NCBI GenBank assembly: GCA_031412295.1
Contig: JANOCU010000032.1
Coordinates: 2,904-66,903, forward strand
Direction: 5' to 3'
From: Bacteroidota bacterium
GTDB lineage: Bacteria > Bacteroidota > Bacteroidia > Palsa-965
DNA length: 64,000 nt
Shown: positions 55,410 through 64,000 of the stretch, piece by piece
Layout of the letters: every line of letters begins with the position of its first letter
Numbering within the stretch: the stretch's first letter is position 1
Translations under genes and position numbers: made by a program
The notes under the pieces: model-generated
What the model saw: the letters and a program-made list of their open reading frames with translations, nothing else
Told to the model about the DNA's origin: nothing
Databases searched by the model: none

Positions 55410-55580
55410 CTGCTTGTCGTCGTGGCTTTTTGTCGCCTTCGATACATTTTTCGAATTTTATATATCTTATTCCAATTCGTATTTCATTCGAAAAACACTC
55501 AATCTTACAAGAGAAAGACTCCCTTTTGTCAGACTGAGTAGCGAAGCGTATCGAAGGCGACAAACAACAAATGTGAAACA
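55410..55580. repeat. Solo copy of the 22735..23290 repeat family: inverted repeats ttgtcgccttcgataca / gtatcgaaggcgacaaa flanking ~110 bp
   Basis: gattctgcttgtcg...tttgtcgccttcgatacatttttcgaa...ttgtcagactgagtagcgaagcgtatcgaaggcgacaaa. Starts at the stop codon of the permease, exactly as the array at 22735 starts at the ctaA stop. Confidence 0.85.
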
Positions 55581-55595
55581 AATCCCTTTTTCAAT

Positions 55596-55645
55596 CACCC
55601 AGTCACAATCACCCAGTCACCAGATCACTAGATCACCAAATCCAT
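55596..55645. repeat. ATCACCC/ATCACCA-type short tandem repeat
   Basis: aatcacccagtcacaatcacccagtcaccagatcactagatcaccaaatcc. Confidence 0.6.
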
Positions 55646-55768
55646 GCGAGGAAATGCTGATTTTGCGCAACAATCTCACCCCCAGCACAAAACATTATCC
55701 ATTTACAAACGGCTAGCTCCCCTTTTTAAATTTCCATTTCACATCTTTGGAAAATAGAAATTCAACAG

Positions 55769-56731
55769 ATGAAATCAGAGCTGCGCGAATTATTTTCTTT
55801 TACCGCAAGCGAACGCAACGGAACAATCGTTCTGCTGATTCTCATTATGATGCTGAGCGTATTTATTTCTTTGCAGGGAAAATTCATTTCATTGCCGAAA
55901 GAAGATTTTACGCAGTTCGATGCATTTCTTGCTCTGGTGGATGAAAAACCAAGTGCAGATTCAATTGAGTATGCCGATAAATATTCCAATTCAAATTCAT
56001 TCGAAGAAAAGAAAGATAAATTTCCATCCGCATCAGAAGAGGCCGGACAACATTCCGTTTTTCATTCGAAAGAGCTTTTCAATTTTAATCCGAACGGACT
56101 TCCAGTCGACGATTGGGTTCGTTTAGGATTAAGTCCGGCACAAGCGCGATCGGTTAAGAATTTTGAAACTAAGGGAGGAAGTTTCAAAACGAAAGAAGAT
56201 GTCAAAAAACTTTTTGTGATTTCCGAAGAACGTTACCGCGAATTAGAACCATTTATTGTATTACCCGAAAACAATAAAAATCAAAACGCATCGGCCCAAA
56301 ACGCAAAACACCCAAATCAAAATCCGCCAATTCCTTCCATCATTGAATTAAACACAGCCGACAGTTCCTTACTCACAACAGTAAAAGGCATCGGCCCTGT
56401 TTTTGCAAAACGAATTGTTACTTACCGCGATCGTTTGGGTGGATTTCATTCGAAGGAGCAGTTGATGGAAGTTTTCGGAATGGATGCAGAGAAATATGCG
56501 CTGGTAAAAGAATGGGTCAAAACAGATTCCACTTACATCCGCAAGATCAACATCAACACAGTTGAAATTTCCGAGCTGAAAAAGTTTCCTTATCTCACAC
56601 CAACTGTAGCAGCCGCGCTCGTGAATTACCGCAAATCGCATGGGAATTATAAATCTGTTGCCGGCATTCGCTCCTGTGCTCTGATCAATGAAGCATTGTA
56701 CAAAAAAGTTGCGCCTTACTTTACCATTTGA
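55769..56731 (+). CDS. ComEA-like tandem helix-hairpin-helix DNA-binding protein with N-terminal TM
   Basis: Two HhH modules (NPNGLPVDDWVRLGLSPAQARSV; IELNTADSSLLTTVKGIGPVFAKRIVTYR). Confidence 0.65.
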   Translation: MKSELRELFSFTASERNGTIVLLILIMMLSVFISLQGKFISLPKEDFTQFDAFLALVDEKPSADSIEYADKYSNSNSFEEKKDKFPSASEEAGQHSVFHSKELFNFNPNGLPVDDWVRLGLSPAQARSVKNFETKGGSFKTKEDVKKLFVISEERYRELEPFIVLPENNKNQNASAQNAKHPNQNPPIPSIIELNTADSSLLTTVKGIGPVFAKRIVTYRDRLGGFHSKEQLMEVFGMDAEKYALVKEWVKTDSTYIRKININTVEISELKKFPYLTPTVAAALVNYRKSHGNYKSVAGIRSCALINEALYKKVAPYFTI

Positions 56732-56784
56732 GTCAATTAGAAATCGTTAATTTGCACTCCCGATCATTAATTGCAAATTGACCT

Positions 56785-57306
56785 ATGAATTCCATCCGCG
56801 AAGCCATCCGTAATGTTCCTGATTTTCCAAAACCGGGAATTTTATTCAAAGACATCACACCCTTATTGCTCGATCCGAAACTCGGCAGAGAGATCATCGC
56901 AGAATTTATCGCTCAATTAAAAAACACCAAAGTCGACGCGATCATCGGCGTTGAAAGTCGCGGATTTATTTTCGGATACATGCTTGCCGTGGAGATGAAT
57001 GTTCCTTTTATTCCCATTCGCAAATCAGGAAAGCTGCCGTGGAAAACCATCGGTTGCGATTATGCGCTTGAATACGGAACGGCACGAATTGAAATGCATG
57101 AAGATGCCCTCACCCCGGGAATGAATGTGTTGATTCATGACGATTTGCTTGCAACAGGCGGAACAGCTGCAGCAGCAGCTTCACTCGTTGAAATGAGCAA
57201 AGCAAAGGTGGCAGGATTTGCTTTTGTTGTCGCGCTCGATTTTCTTGAAGGCGATAAAAAGCTTACTGCATATTCAAATAACATCATAAGTCTCGTGAAA
57301 TACTGA
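56785..57306 (+). CDS. apt: Adenine phosphoribosyltransferase
   Basis: IRNVPDFPKPGILFKDITPLL...VIHDDLLATGGT (PRPP-binding). Confidence 0.9.
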   Translation: MNSIREAIRNVPDFPKPGILFKDITPLLLDPKLGREIIAEFIAQLKNTKVDAIIGVESRGFIFGYMLAVEMNVPFIPIRKSGKLPWKTIGCDYALEYGTARIEMHEDALTPGMNVLIHDDLLATGGTAAAAASLVEMSKAKVAGFAFVVALDFLEGDKKLTAYSNNIISLVKY

Positions 57307-57444
57307 GCCTGTAGTTAACAGCTTGAATTTCATATATGTTAATTAATCCGCAGACTTACATCCGGGCAGATTTTTCCTGTAAATAATCCGTATTTTTGCC
57401 CGCCCCTTCAATTTTATAATTCCCCCATAAATAAATAGTAGCTG

Positions 57445-58584
57445 ATGCAATTTTCACAAAACGAAAACCAGGAAATGATCGCCGGAATGATTCGCAAATT
57501 CGGTGAAGAACATATTCGCCCGAAAATGATGATCTGGGATGAATCGCAGGAATTTCCTGTGGAGTGCATGAAGAAACTGGGTGAGCTCGGATTGCTCGGC
57601 GTGCTTGTTCCGGAAGAATACGGCGGATCAGGTTTCAGCTATACAGAATATGTGACTGCAATTTCTGAGCTGGCGAAAATCTGTGGTTCAATCGGTCTTT
57701 CTATGGCTGCGCATAATTCACTTTGCACAGGACACATTCTTGCTTTCGGAAACGATGAGCAGAAGAAAAAATATTTGCCATTGCTCGCAACCGGCGAATG
57801 GATCGGCGCGTGGGGATTGACAGAACAAAATACAGGTTCGGATGCAGGCGGAATGTTGACCACCGCAGTTGCTGACGGAGATGATTTTATTCTGAATGGC
57901 TCAAAGAATTTTATCACGCACGCCATTTCAGGTGATGTTGCAGTTGTTATTGTACGCACCGGCGAAAAAGGTGACAAGCACGGCATGACGGCTTTCATTA
58001 TTGAAAAAGGAACAAAAGGATTTTCTTCCGGCAAAAAAGAAAATAAGCTCGGCATGCGCGCATCAGAAACTGCTGAATTAATTTTCACAGATTGCCGCGT
58101 TCACAAAAGCCAGATGCTCGGAAAAGTCGGAGAAGGATTTGTGCAGGCGATGAAAGTATTGGATGGCGGACGAATTTCTATCGCTGCATTATCATTAGGC
58201 ATTGCAAGAGGCGCTTACGAAGCAGCTTTAAAATATTCACAGGAAAGAAATCAATTCGGCAAACCTATTTCTGAATTCCAGGCTATCGCTTTTAAATTAG
58301 CGGATATGGCAACAGAAATTGAAGCAGCAGAATTGCTCACGATGCAAGCCGCAGACATGAAAAACCGCGGACAGAAAATGACCAAAGAATCTGCGTTCGC
58401 TAAATATTATGCTTCGGAAGTTGCAGTGCGCGTTTCGACAGAAGGCGTTCAGATCTTCGGTGGTTACGGCTACACAAAAGATTTCCCTGCAGAAAAATAT
58501 TACCGCGATTCAAAACTTTGCACCATCGGCGAAGGAACTTCTGAAATCCAGAAGCTGGTGATTTCGAGGGAGGTTTTGAAATAA
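57445..58584 (+). CDS. Acyl-CoA dehydrogenase
   Basis: Collinear ACAD fold; catalytic-base region ...CTIGEGTSEIQKLVISREVLK at the C-terminus; FAD motif GAWGLTEQNTGSDAG. Confidence 0.9.
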   Translation: MQFSQNENQEMIAGMIRKFGEEHIRPKMMIWDESQEFPVECMKKLGELGLLGVLVPEEYGGSGFSYTEYVTAISELAKICGSIGLSMAAHNSLCTGHILAFGNDEQKKKYLPLLATGEWIGAWGLTEQNTGSDAGGMLTTAVADGDDFILNGSKNFITHAISGDVAVVIVRTGEKGDKHGMTAFIIEKGTKGFSSGKKENKLGMRASETAELIFTDCRVHKSQMLGKVGEGFVQAMKVLDGGRISIAALSLGIARGAYEAALKYSQERNQFGKPISEFQAIAFKLADMATEIEAAELLTMQAADMKNRGQKMTKESAFAKYYASEVAVRVSTEGVQIFGGYGYTKDFPAEKYYRDSKLCTIGEGTSEIQKLVISREVLK

Positions 58585-58605
58585 TTTTTCGATCCTTTAA
58601 AATTT

Positions 58606-58680
58606 AATCTGTGTAATCTGCGAAATCTGTGGCAACCAAAGTCTGGCCCCAGATTACGCAGATGGCGCAGATTTTTTTGT
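58606..58680 (+). terminator. Terminator made of AATCTG repeats: taatctgcgaaatctgtggc...ccagattacgcagatggcgcagattttttt
   Basis: Inverted AATCTGCG / CGCAGATT arms followed by a T7 run, downstream of the ACAD gene. Confidence 0.55.
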
Positions 58681-58830
58681 TAGGATTAAGAGTTGTTAAT
58701 TGTAAGGAATTCCATTGCCACTCATTGACAAATTCCTCCGTTCATCTGCTCCTTGCAGCAGAAGTGCAATTTTCTCTTATTTTTATACGTTAATATTCGC
58801 ATTACCTCAATAACAGACCCATCTACCAAT

Positions 58831-60474
58831 ATGAAAAAAATCATCCTCTTTATTGCAGTAGCATTTTCTTTTTCACTTGCTGCACAAAAAGCTGCGCCTG
58901 CTGCTAAAGCTCCTGCTAACTGGTTCAATCTTGCTTATTCTACCGACAAAGTTCATGGTGTGCGCACCGAACAAACCTATAAAGATCTTGTAAAAGATAA
59001 AAAAGCAGATACGATCATCGTTGCTGTTATGGATGGTGGCGTTGATTATATGCACGAAGATTTGAAAAGTGTAATGTGGCGCAACCCGGGTGAAATTCCC
59101 GGAAATAAAATCGATGACGACAAAAACGGTTACATCGATGATATCTACGGATGGAATTTCATTGGCGGTGCTAACGGAGAAAATGTTCAGTACGATAACC
59201 TTGAGTTCATACGTTTGCTTCGTCCATTGCAGAAAAAATACCAGGGCGTTAACGAGAGTACTGTGCAGCCTTCGCAAAAAGAAGAGTATGAAAAATTTGT
59301 AAAGCTGAGAGAGAAATACAATACTGAACTGGCAATTAATCAATTTTATTTTGATCAATACAGCGCATCTAAAAAAGCAGTTGATGCTTTTAAAGATGAA
59401 ATTAAAAAGCAGCTGGATATTGACTCAGTGTTGTATGAAGATATTTTGAAATATTCCCCTACTGGAAAATTTATCAATACAAAGACCAACATCATTGCTT
59501 ATTACGGCAATGAAGAAAACTGGGCAGCACTGAATGAAGGTCTTTCTGAAGGATACGCCCAAACTTATGCTGCGATCAATTACCAGCTGAATTTGGACTA
59601 TGATCCTCGTTCTATCGTTGGTGATAATTACGATAATGCAGACGAGCGTTATTATGGAAACGCTGATGTAAAAGGTCCGGATGCATTACACGGAACGCAC
59701 GTTGCTGGAATTATTGCAGCAAACCGTTTTAATAATATCGGAACGTTTGGTGTTGCAACTCCTGTTAAGATCATGGCGATCCGCGTTGTACCGAATGGTG
59801 ATGAGCGCGATAAAGATGTTGCAAACGGAATTCGTTACGCAGTTGATAATGGTGCACGCATCATCAACATGAGTTTCGGAAAAGCATATTCGTATGACAA
59901 AGGCGCTGTTGACGCTGCCGTAAAATATGCAGAGAGCAAAGGAGTTTTAATCATTCACGCTGCGGGTAACAGCAGCCAGAACAATGATGAGAACGAGAAT
60001 TTTCCGAATAGCAAATTCAACGGTGGCGGAACTGCTACCAACTGGATCGAAGTGGGCGCGTTAAGCTGGAGAGATAACCGTGATCTTGTTGCGCCATTCA
60101 GCAATTATGGAAAAACTGCTGTTGATGTTTTTGCTCCGGGAGTTGACATCAATGCACCGAAATCAAACGGCGGTTACGTTGATCTGAGCGGAACAAGTAT
60201 GGCTTCACCGGTCACTGCGGGTGTTGCTGCGTTGTTGCTTGCTTATCATCCAACGCTTACACCTGCGGAAATAAAATCCATCATCGAACAGACAACAGAT
60301 AAGTCGATGATGAAGAAAAAAGTAAATCGTCCGGGTGGAAAGCCACGAAAATTTTTCAAGAAGAAAAAGGGACCGTTTAAAGACAAAAAAGTAAAGTTCG
60401 CTACGTTGAGTAAGACCGGTGGAATGGTGGATTTATATGCTGCGTTTCAGATGGCAGATACTATGAAAAAGTAA
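58831..60474 (+). CDS. Subtilisin-like S8 serine peptidase, secreted
   Basis: Catalytic triad contexts VAVMDGGVD (Asp), HGTHVAGIIAA (His), GTSMASPVTAGVAALL (Ser). Signal peptide MKKIILFIAVAFSFSLAAQ (internal ATG of ORF 58753..60474). Confidence 0.9.
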   Translation: MKKIILFIAVAFSFSLAAQKAAPAAKAPANWFNLAYSTDKVHGVRTEQTYKDLVKDKKADTIIVAVMDGGVDYMHEDLKSVMWRNPGEIPGNKIDDDKNGYIDDIYGWNFIGGANGENVQYDNLEFIRLLRPLQKKYQGVNESTVQPSQKEEYEKFVKLREKYNTELAINQFYFDQYSASKKAVDAFKDEIKKQLDIDSVLYEDILKYSPTGKFINTKTNIIAYYGNEENWAALNEGLSEGYAQTYAAINYQLNLDYDPRSIVGDNYDNADERYYGNADVKGPDALHGTHVAGIIAANRFNNIGTFGVATPVKIMAIRVVPNGDERDKDVANGIRYAVDNGARIINMSFGKAYSYDKGAVDAAVKYAESKGVLIIHAAGNSSQNNDENENFPNSKFNGGGTATNWIEVGALSWRDNRDLVAPFSNYGKTAVDVFAPGVDINAPKSNGGYVDLSGTSMASPVTAGVAALLLAYHPTLTPAEIKSIIEQTTDKSMMKKKVNRPGGKPRKFFKKKKGPFKDKKVKFATLSKTGGMVDLYAAFQMADTMKK

Positions 60475-60512
60475 TTACGGATTACAGATTACTGGATTAC
60501 CAATTACCAATG
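60471..60512. repeat. GTAATTA/GGATTAC heptamer tandem repeat starting inside the S8 stop codon
   Basis: gtaattacggattacagattactggattaccaattaccaatg. Confidence 0.7.
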
Positions 60513-60514
60513 AA

Positions 60515-60550
60515 AAGGGTTCTCAGAAATGGGAACCCTTTTTTTTCTTC
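60515..60550 (+). terminator. Rho-independent terminator (aagggttctcagaaatgggaaccctttttttt)
   Basis: 8-bp stem plus T8; partly duplicated at 60655..60715. Confidence 0.7.
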
Positions 60551-60606
60551 GTGTCTTCCGCGCCGGAGCTTGTACTGAGCTTGTCGAAGTACGTTAAAAA
60601 GTTTAG

Positions 60607-60649
60607 CCACAGATTACGCTGATTACGCAGATGGATTTTTACAGATTAG
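60607..60649. repeat. CAGATTACGC-type repeat (ccacagattacgctgattacgcagatggatttttacagattag)
   Basis: Same family as 58606..58680 and 46741..46800. Confidence 0.6.
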
Positions 60650-60760
60650 AAGGAATGGGTTCTCAGAAATGTGGACTGTTTTTTCTCCGCGCTTTTCCCC
60701 GTGTCTTCCGCGCCTTAGCGTTAAAAAGCTCAGCAAGGAAATATCTCTTTGCTGTGCTAT

Positions 60761-62224
60761 CTAAAAATGAAATCTCCCCAAATAAGATTTCCCCTTTTTC
60801 CCCGGCGTCCGACAAATAATGTAACACTCATCATCCTTAATCTCCGTACAGAAATATTCATCATCAACCGGAAGCGCATCAACGGGCTTAGAAGGCTTCA
60901 AGCGATCATATTTTAATTCCCCACGTGGTGTGACGATTGCTGCTGTTAAACCTTCGTTCTCATCGGTATAAAAACAATACAGGTTTTCATTATACAGCTG
61001 CGCAAAAAAAGTCGGACGGGCAACAAAAGAAGAAACACCGGGCTGTTTTACTTTCACTGTTTTGTCAATTAACAAAGCAGATTTAAAACTTCCTTTCGGA
61101 TCAAATATGCCAACAAAAAGATTTCCATATGTAGAGCTTGAATTCACTCCGTATTGTTTTTCGCCGATGATCCACACTGCTCCTTCTTTGGAAACAAGCA
61201 AATTGCAAATCACGTAAGCGGTTAAGGATTCTATTGCAGGTGCAGTCTGCGTTTTGAAATCAACAATTTTTATTTCTGAATACTTTTCTACTTCAGGGTC
61301 AATGGAAATATAAAATACCCCTTCTGCCTTGATCGCGTATTTATCATAATTTAAAAAGCCGCAGCAGATTAATTTATTATCCGGTGTTACAACGGCTCTT
61401 AAATCCATAACGCAACACTCTTTCACAGGAATTTTGCGGTGAATGATTCCTTTTTGCGTGATAGTAGTAATGAACAGAATCACTTTGGTGTTCTTATCAT
61501 CAGCGAACCTTTTGGTGGCCGAATAAATCGGCATTGAACTGTAGAAAGCAACAACACCGCTATTCCCGATCACAGGACGAACGGAATAACCAAGCCCGGG
61601 AGTGAAGCCGAAAGGAATGGTATCTTTTCTGTCCCAAACGGGCTTGCGCAAATCAGAGCTGTAGGCGATGGTATGAGTAACCGGTAATGAATGATGATCG
61701 TTTACTTCAGTGATCACAAAAAGGGTTTTGCTCTGATCATCCGATTGGATCATCGTTAGAAAACCGTAAGTATACATTTCTCCATGCTTGAATTGAAAAA
61801 GCTTAAATGGATTTCCGGTTAATGAAAAATCATGTGTTTCAATTTCATCAGCATACACATCATCGGTTACGTCATCAATTTTAACCAGCATGAGCGCATA
61901 TAATTTTTCGCCGATCACTACAATTCCATAAGGCACAACATCTTTGCGACCTTTTATAGTGGGCATGATATAGACGCTTCCGGAATCAATTATTTTATCG
62001 CCATCTCTTTCGATGCGATATGCCCAAATTGGTCGCGGTTCCCATTGATCGGTAACGTTAATGCGTTTGTTCCAGATAAAAAGTACGCCGTCTTCATTCT
62101 GCCAGGAAGTGATGTTAGCCGACGGTGTTCCTTTTACTTGTCCTGTAATATCAAACTGCATCGTTTGTGCAGATGAACAAGTACAGTAAAGAACAAAAAG
62201 AAAAGCAGAAATGAATTTAAGCAT
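60761..62224 (-). CDS. Hypothetical secreted protein (~487 aa)
   Basis: Signal peptide MLKFISAFLFVLYCTCSSAQ (internal ATG at 62224 of ORF 60761..62377); no family recognised. Confidence 0.5.
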   Translation of the reverse strand: MLKFISAFLFVLYCTCSSAQTMQFDITGQVKGTPSANITSWQNEDGVLFIWNKRINVTDQWEPRPIWAYRIERDGDKIIDSGSVYIMPTIKGRKDVVPYGIVVIGEKLYALMLVKIDDVTDDVYADEIETHDFSLTGNPFKLFQFKHGEMYTYGFLTMIQSDDQSKTLFVITEVNDHHSLPVTHTIAYSSDLRKPVWDRKDTIPFGFTPGLGYSVRPVIGNSGVVAFYSSMPIYSATKRFADDKNTKVILFITTITQKGIIHRKIPVKECCVMDLRAVVTPDNKLICCGFLNYDKYAIKAEGVFYISIDPEVEKYSEIKIVDFKTQTAPAIESLTAYVICNLLVSKEGAVWIIGEKQYGVNSSSTYGNLFVGIFDPKGSFKSALLIDKTVKVKQPGVSSFVARPTFFAQLYNENLYCFYTDENEGLTAAIVTPRGELKYDRLKPSKPVDALPVDDEYFCTEIKDDECYIICRTPGKKGKSYLGRFHF

Positions 62225-62246
62225 GGGGTTAATTTTTATGGATGTT

Positions 62247-62957
62247 TTAAAATTGCAATTCTTTAAATTCAATTTGCGCCCGCGCATAATCCTCCGGAAT
62301 CCCAATATCAATAAAATACCCCTCGCACGGAAATGCCTGCAACCACAATTTATCGGCAAGCGTTGCGAAAAAATCATTCTCGATGGAAAATGGGTTGAGT
62401 GCTTCCGTATTTCCCAAATAAGTTTTCTTGCGCAACAAATAAACGCCGCCGTTGATGAGCGCGTTTCCTTTTACATCGGCACTTTTTTCTTTGAATGCAG
62501 CAATGCGTTTTCCGTCCAGCTCAATCGTTCCGTAACGCGACGCATCTTCTACTTTTCGCAAAGCAAGAGTTGCATCAGAAGAGCCGCTTAAATGCATTTC
62601 GAAAAACTCATCGAGCTTCACATCGAAAAAAGTATCGCCATTCAACACCATCACATGCGCGCCGGAACATTTTTCCATAGCTAAACGAATACCGCCGCCG
62701 GTGCCGAGCGCTTCTTTTTCATAAGCATAATCGATTTCAATACCGAGATAATTTTTTCCGAATTCGGCTTCCACTTTTTCTGCAAGGTAGCCGACGGATA
62801 AAATTACTTTTGAAATATTGTAATGTTTGAGATAGAGAAAGAGATAATGTAAAAAGGGTTTTCCATTCACCGGCGCCATGGGTTTAGGCACATCTGTGAT
62901 CACAGATTTTAACCGTGTGCCGAATCCGCCTGCGAGTATTATTGCTTCTTTGATCAT
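62247..62957 (-). CDS. Sugar-1-phosphate nucleotidyltransferase, HddC (D-glycero-alpha-D-manno-heptose-1-phosphate guanylyltransferase)-like
   Basis: N-terminal AIILAGGFGTRLKSVITDVPKPMAPVNGKPFL nucleotidyltransferase motif; ~236 aa; SIS-domain GmhA gene nearby. Confidence 0.7.
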   Translation of the reverse strand: MIKEAIILAGGFGTRLKSVITDVPKPMAPVNGKPFLHYLFLYLKHYNISKVILSVGYLAEKVEAEFGKNYLGIEIDYAYEKEALGTGGGIRLAMEKCSGAHVMVLNGDTFFDVKLDEFFEMHLSGSSDATLALRKVEDASRYGTIELDGKRIAAFKEKSADVKGNALINGGVYLLRKKTYLGNTEALNPFSIENDFFATLADKLWLQAFPCEGYFIDIGIPEDYARAQIEFKELQF

Positions 62958-62965
62958 GCGGAAAG

Positions 62966-63201
62966 GTAGGTGGTAGGTGGTGTAAAAGGTTGGTGGTGGA
63001 AAAATTTTGTTGGATAAAAATAATTAATCTCTACTAGTTTTCACTTGTACATTGAACATTGTTTGTTTGGGATTGTTTGTTCCGTGCGAAGAGAAATTCC
63101 CATGGTTGAAACAATGTTCAATGCCAAACAAACAATGCACAATTAACAAGGAAATGAAAATGCAAAATGACCACCAACAAAATCGACCACCAACCACCAA
63201 C
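62966..63201. other. Highly structured 5' leader/intergenic region: GGTRGGTGG repeats (62966..62999) opposed by CCACCAAC repeats (63171..63201), enclosing inverted copies of cattgaacattgtttgtttgg
   Basis: cattgaacattgtttg at 63047..63062 against gaaacaatgttcaatg at 63107..63122 (15 of 16 complementary). Outer GT-rich and AC-rich arms are partly complementary. Confidence 0.5.
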
Positions 63202-63216
63202 TTTTCCTGCTGATTA

Positions 63217-63639
63217 TTATTTTTTTGCTCCCGCTTCATCAGTATGAAAGCCGGCAATGATCATTTTATTATCGACGAACTTGATCACGAAGTTTTCATC
63301 TTTCGTCATGTTCTCGTATTTCACTGTGTAGTACAAATCAATTTCACCGGTGACTTTTTTATTTTCTTCATTCACTTCACTTTTTCCGGACACAAATTGT
63401 ATTTCGTTGATCGCACCTTGCGGTTCGGCGAGCTGCAGAAGTAATTCTTCCACATCGGCAGGGTTGGCTTCACCACCGAAAAGCAGGGATGCCTCATGGT
63501 ACGATTCGTTTTTTATGAGCTCATAGAATTTATCGGAAAGCGCTTTGCCGTCGTTAATATCTTGCGGCAAATTCGTACGCTTGGTGGAGGCGTTACAGGA
63601 AACAAATACAATAGCAAGAAACAGGATAATTGTTTTCAT
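63217..63639 (-). CDS. Hypothetical lipoprotein
   Basis: Lipoprotein signal MKTIILFLAIVFVSCNAS. Confidence 0.45.
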   Translation of the reverse strand: MKTIILFLAIVFVSCNASTKRTNLPQDINDGKALSDKFYELIKNESYHEASLLFGGEANPADVEELLLQLAEPQGAINEIQFVSGKSEVNEENKKVTGEIDLYYTVKYENMTKDENFVIKFVDNKMIIAGFHTDEAGAKK

Positions 63640-63689
63640 TGAATAGGTATAAGATTGGTTAAACTGAATTACAAAGGAAAGATCTCCCG

Positions 63690-64000
63690 CTACCTCGGAA
63701 ACATTTTCATCTCCACCATTTCACACAAGGTATGACCGAGCAACATGTGACACTCCTGGATACGCGGTGTATCTGTTGATGGAATATTGAGTAGGAAATC
63801 GCAATTGGTTTTCATTTCGCCGCCGGTTTCTCCTGTGAATGCTGCGGTGATCATACCGATTGATTTTGCTTTTATCAATGCATTAACAACGTTCGGTGAA
63901 TTGCCGCTGGTGGAAAGTCCGATGAGGATGTCTCCTTTTTTTCCCATGGCTTGTGTTAAGCGTGAATAAACAACTTCATAGCCATAATCATTTCCAACAG
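63690..64000 (-). CDS. gmhA: Phosphoheptose isomerase (SIS domain), C-terminal part; the N-terminus lies beyond the window end
   Basis: GDILIGLSTSGNSPNVVNALIKAKSIG...RIQECHMLLGHTLCEMVE matches the GmhA C-terminal half. The reading frame stays open to position 64000. Confidence 0.7.
   Translation of the reverse strand, partial: VGNDYGYEVVYSRLTQAMGKKGDILIGLSTSGNSPNVVNALIKAKSIGMITAAFTGETGGEMKTNCDFLLNIPSTDTPRIQECHMLLGHTLCEMVEMKMFPR

Noticed and set aside
1-64000. Mobile genetic element, prophage or defence island
   Set aside because: No integrase, transposase, recombinase, restriction-modification, toxin-antitoxin or phage structural genes were recognised. The repeats are short non-coding families, not IS elements.
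1-64000. tRNA or rRNA genes
   Set aside because: No cloverleaf-compatible segments with conserved GTTC/TPsiC-type boxes, and no rRNA-like conserved blocks, were seen in the intergenic regions.

Overview
This 64-kb window looks like chromosomal DNA from a Bacteroidota genome. The evidence is at least six T9SS type-A C-terminal sorting domains, a gliding-lipoprotein GldD-like gene, an ECF sigma/anti-sigma pair, a TAnnTTTG -7 promoter box, and no Shine-Dalgarno sequences. Gene density is high, with about 60 CDS, and I saw no rRNA, tRNA, CRISPR array, transposase or integrase.

Gene content in order along the window:
- A partial giant beta-helix surface protein at the window start.
- A TPR-HisKA_3 sensor kinase with two tandem, paralogous LuxR-type response regulators.
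- Housekeeping genes: bacilliredoxin, M16 peptidase, ctaA, ssb, mutY, HU, bS22, RNase G, apt, acyl-CoA dehydrogenase.
- Four consecutive T9SS cargo genes, one of which is a pentaheme c-type cytochrome.
- A conserved but uncharacterised membrane/MoxR cluster: RDD, SpoIIM-like, DUF4129, DUF4350, MoxR, DUF58, a GT-C-like membrane protein, and an MBOAT.
- Two adjacent Cys-rich secreted mini-proteins.
- A K+ channel.
- Two APC permeases.
- An S8 protease.
- A partial GDP-heptose pathway (hddC-like, gmhA) at the window end.

The non-coding DNA is unusual. Almost every intergenic region carries short tandem arrays, mostly with 7-nt units (GTAATCN, TTGAATC, AATCACC, TGTCAGT, CGTCCCA). Several larger repeat families are layered on top of that: a 110-bp tandem array with a solo copy elsewhere, a REP-like element, and a 39-bp palindrome present twice. 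I also found a perfect 16-bp palindromic operator repeated upstream of one response regulator and the beta-helix gene, which suggests a self-contained regulatory circuit.
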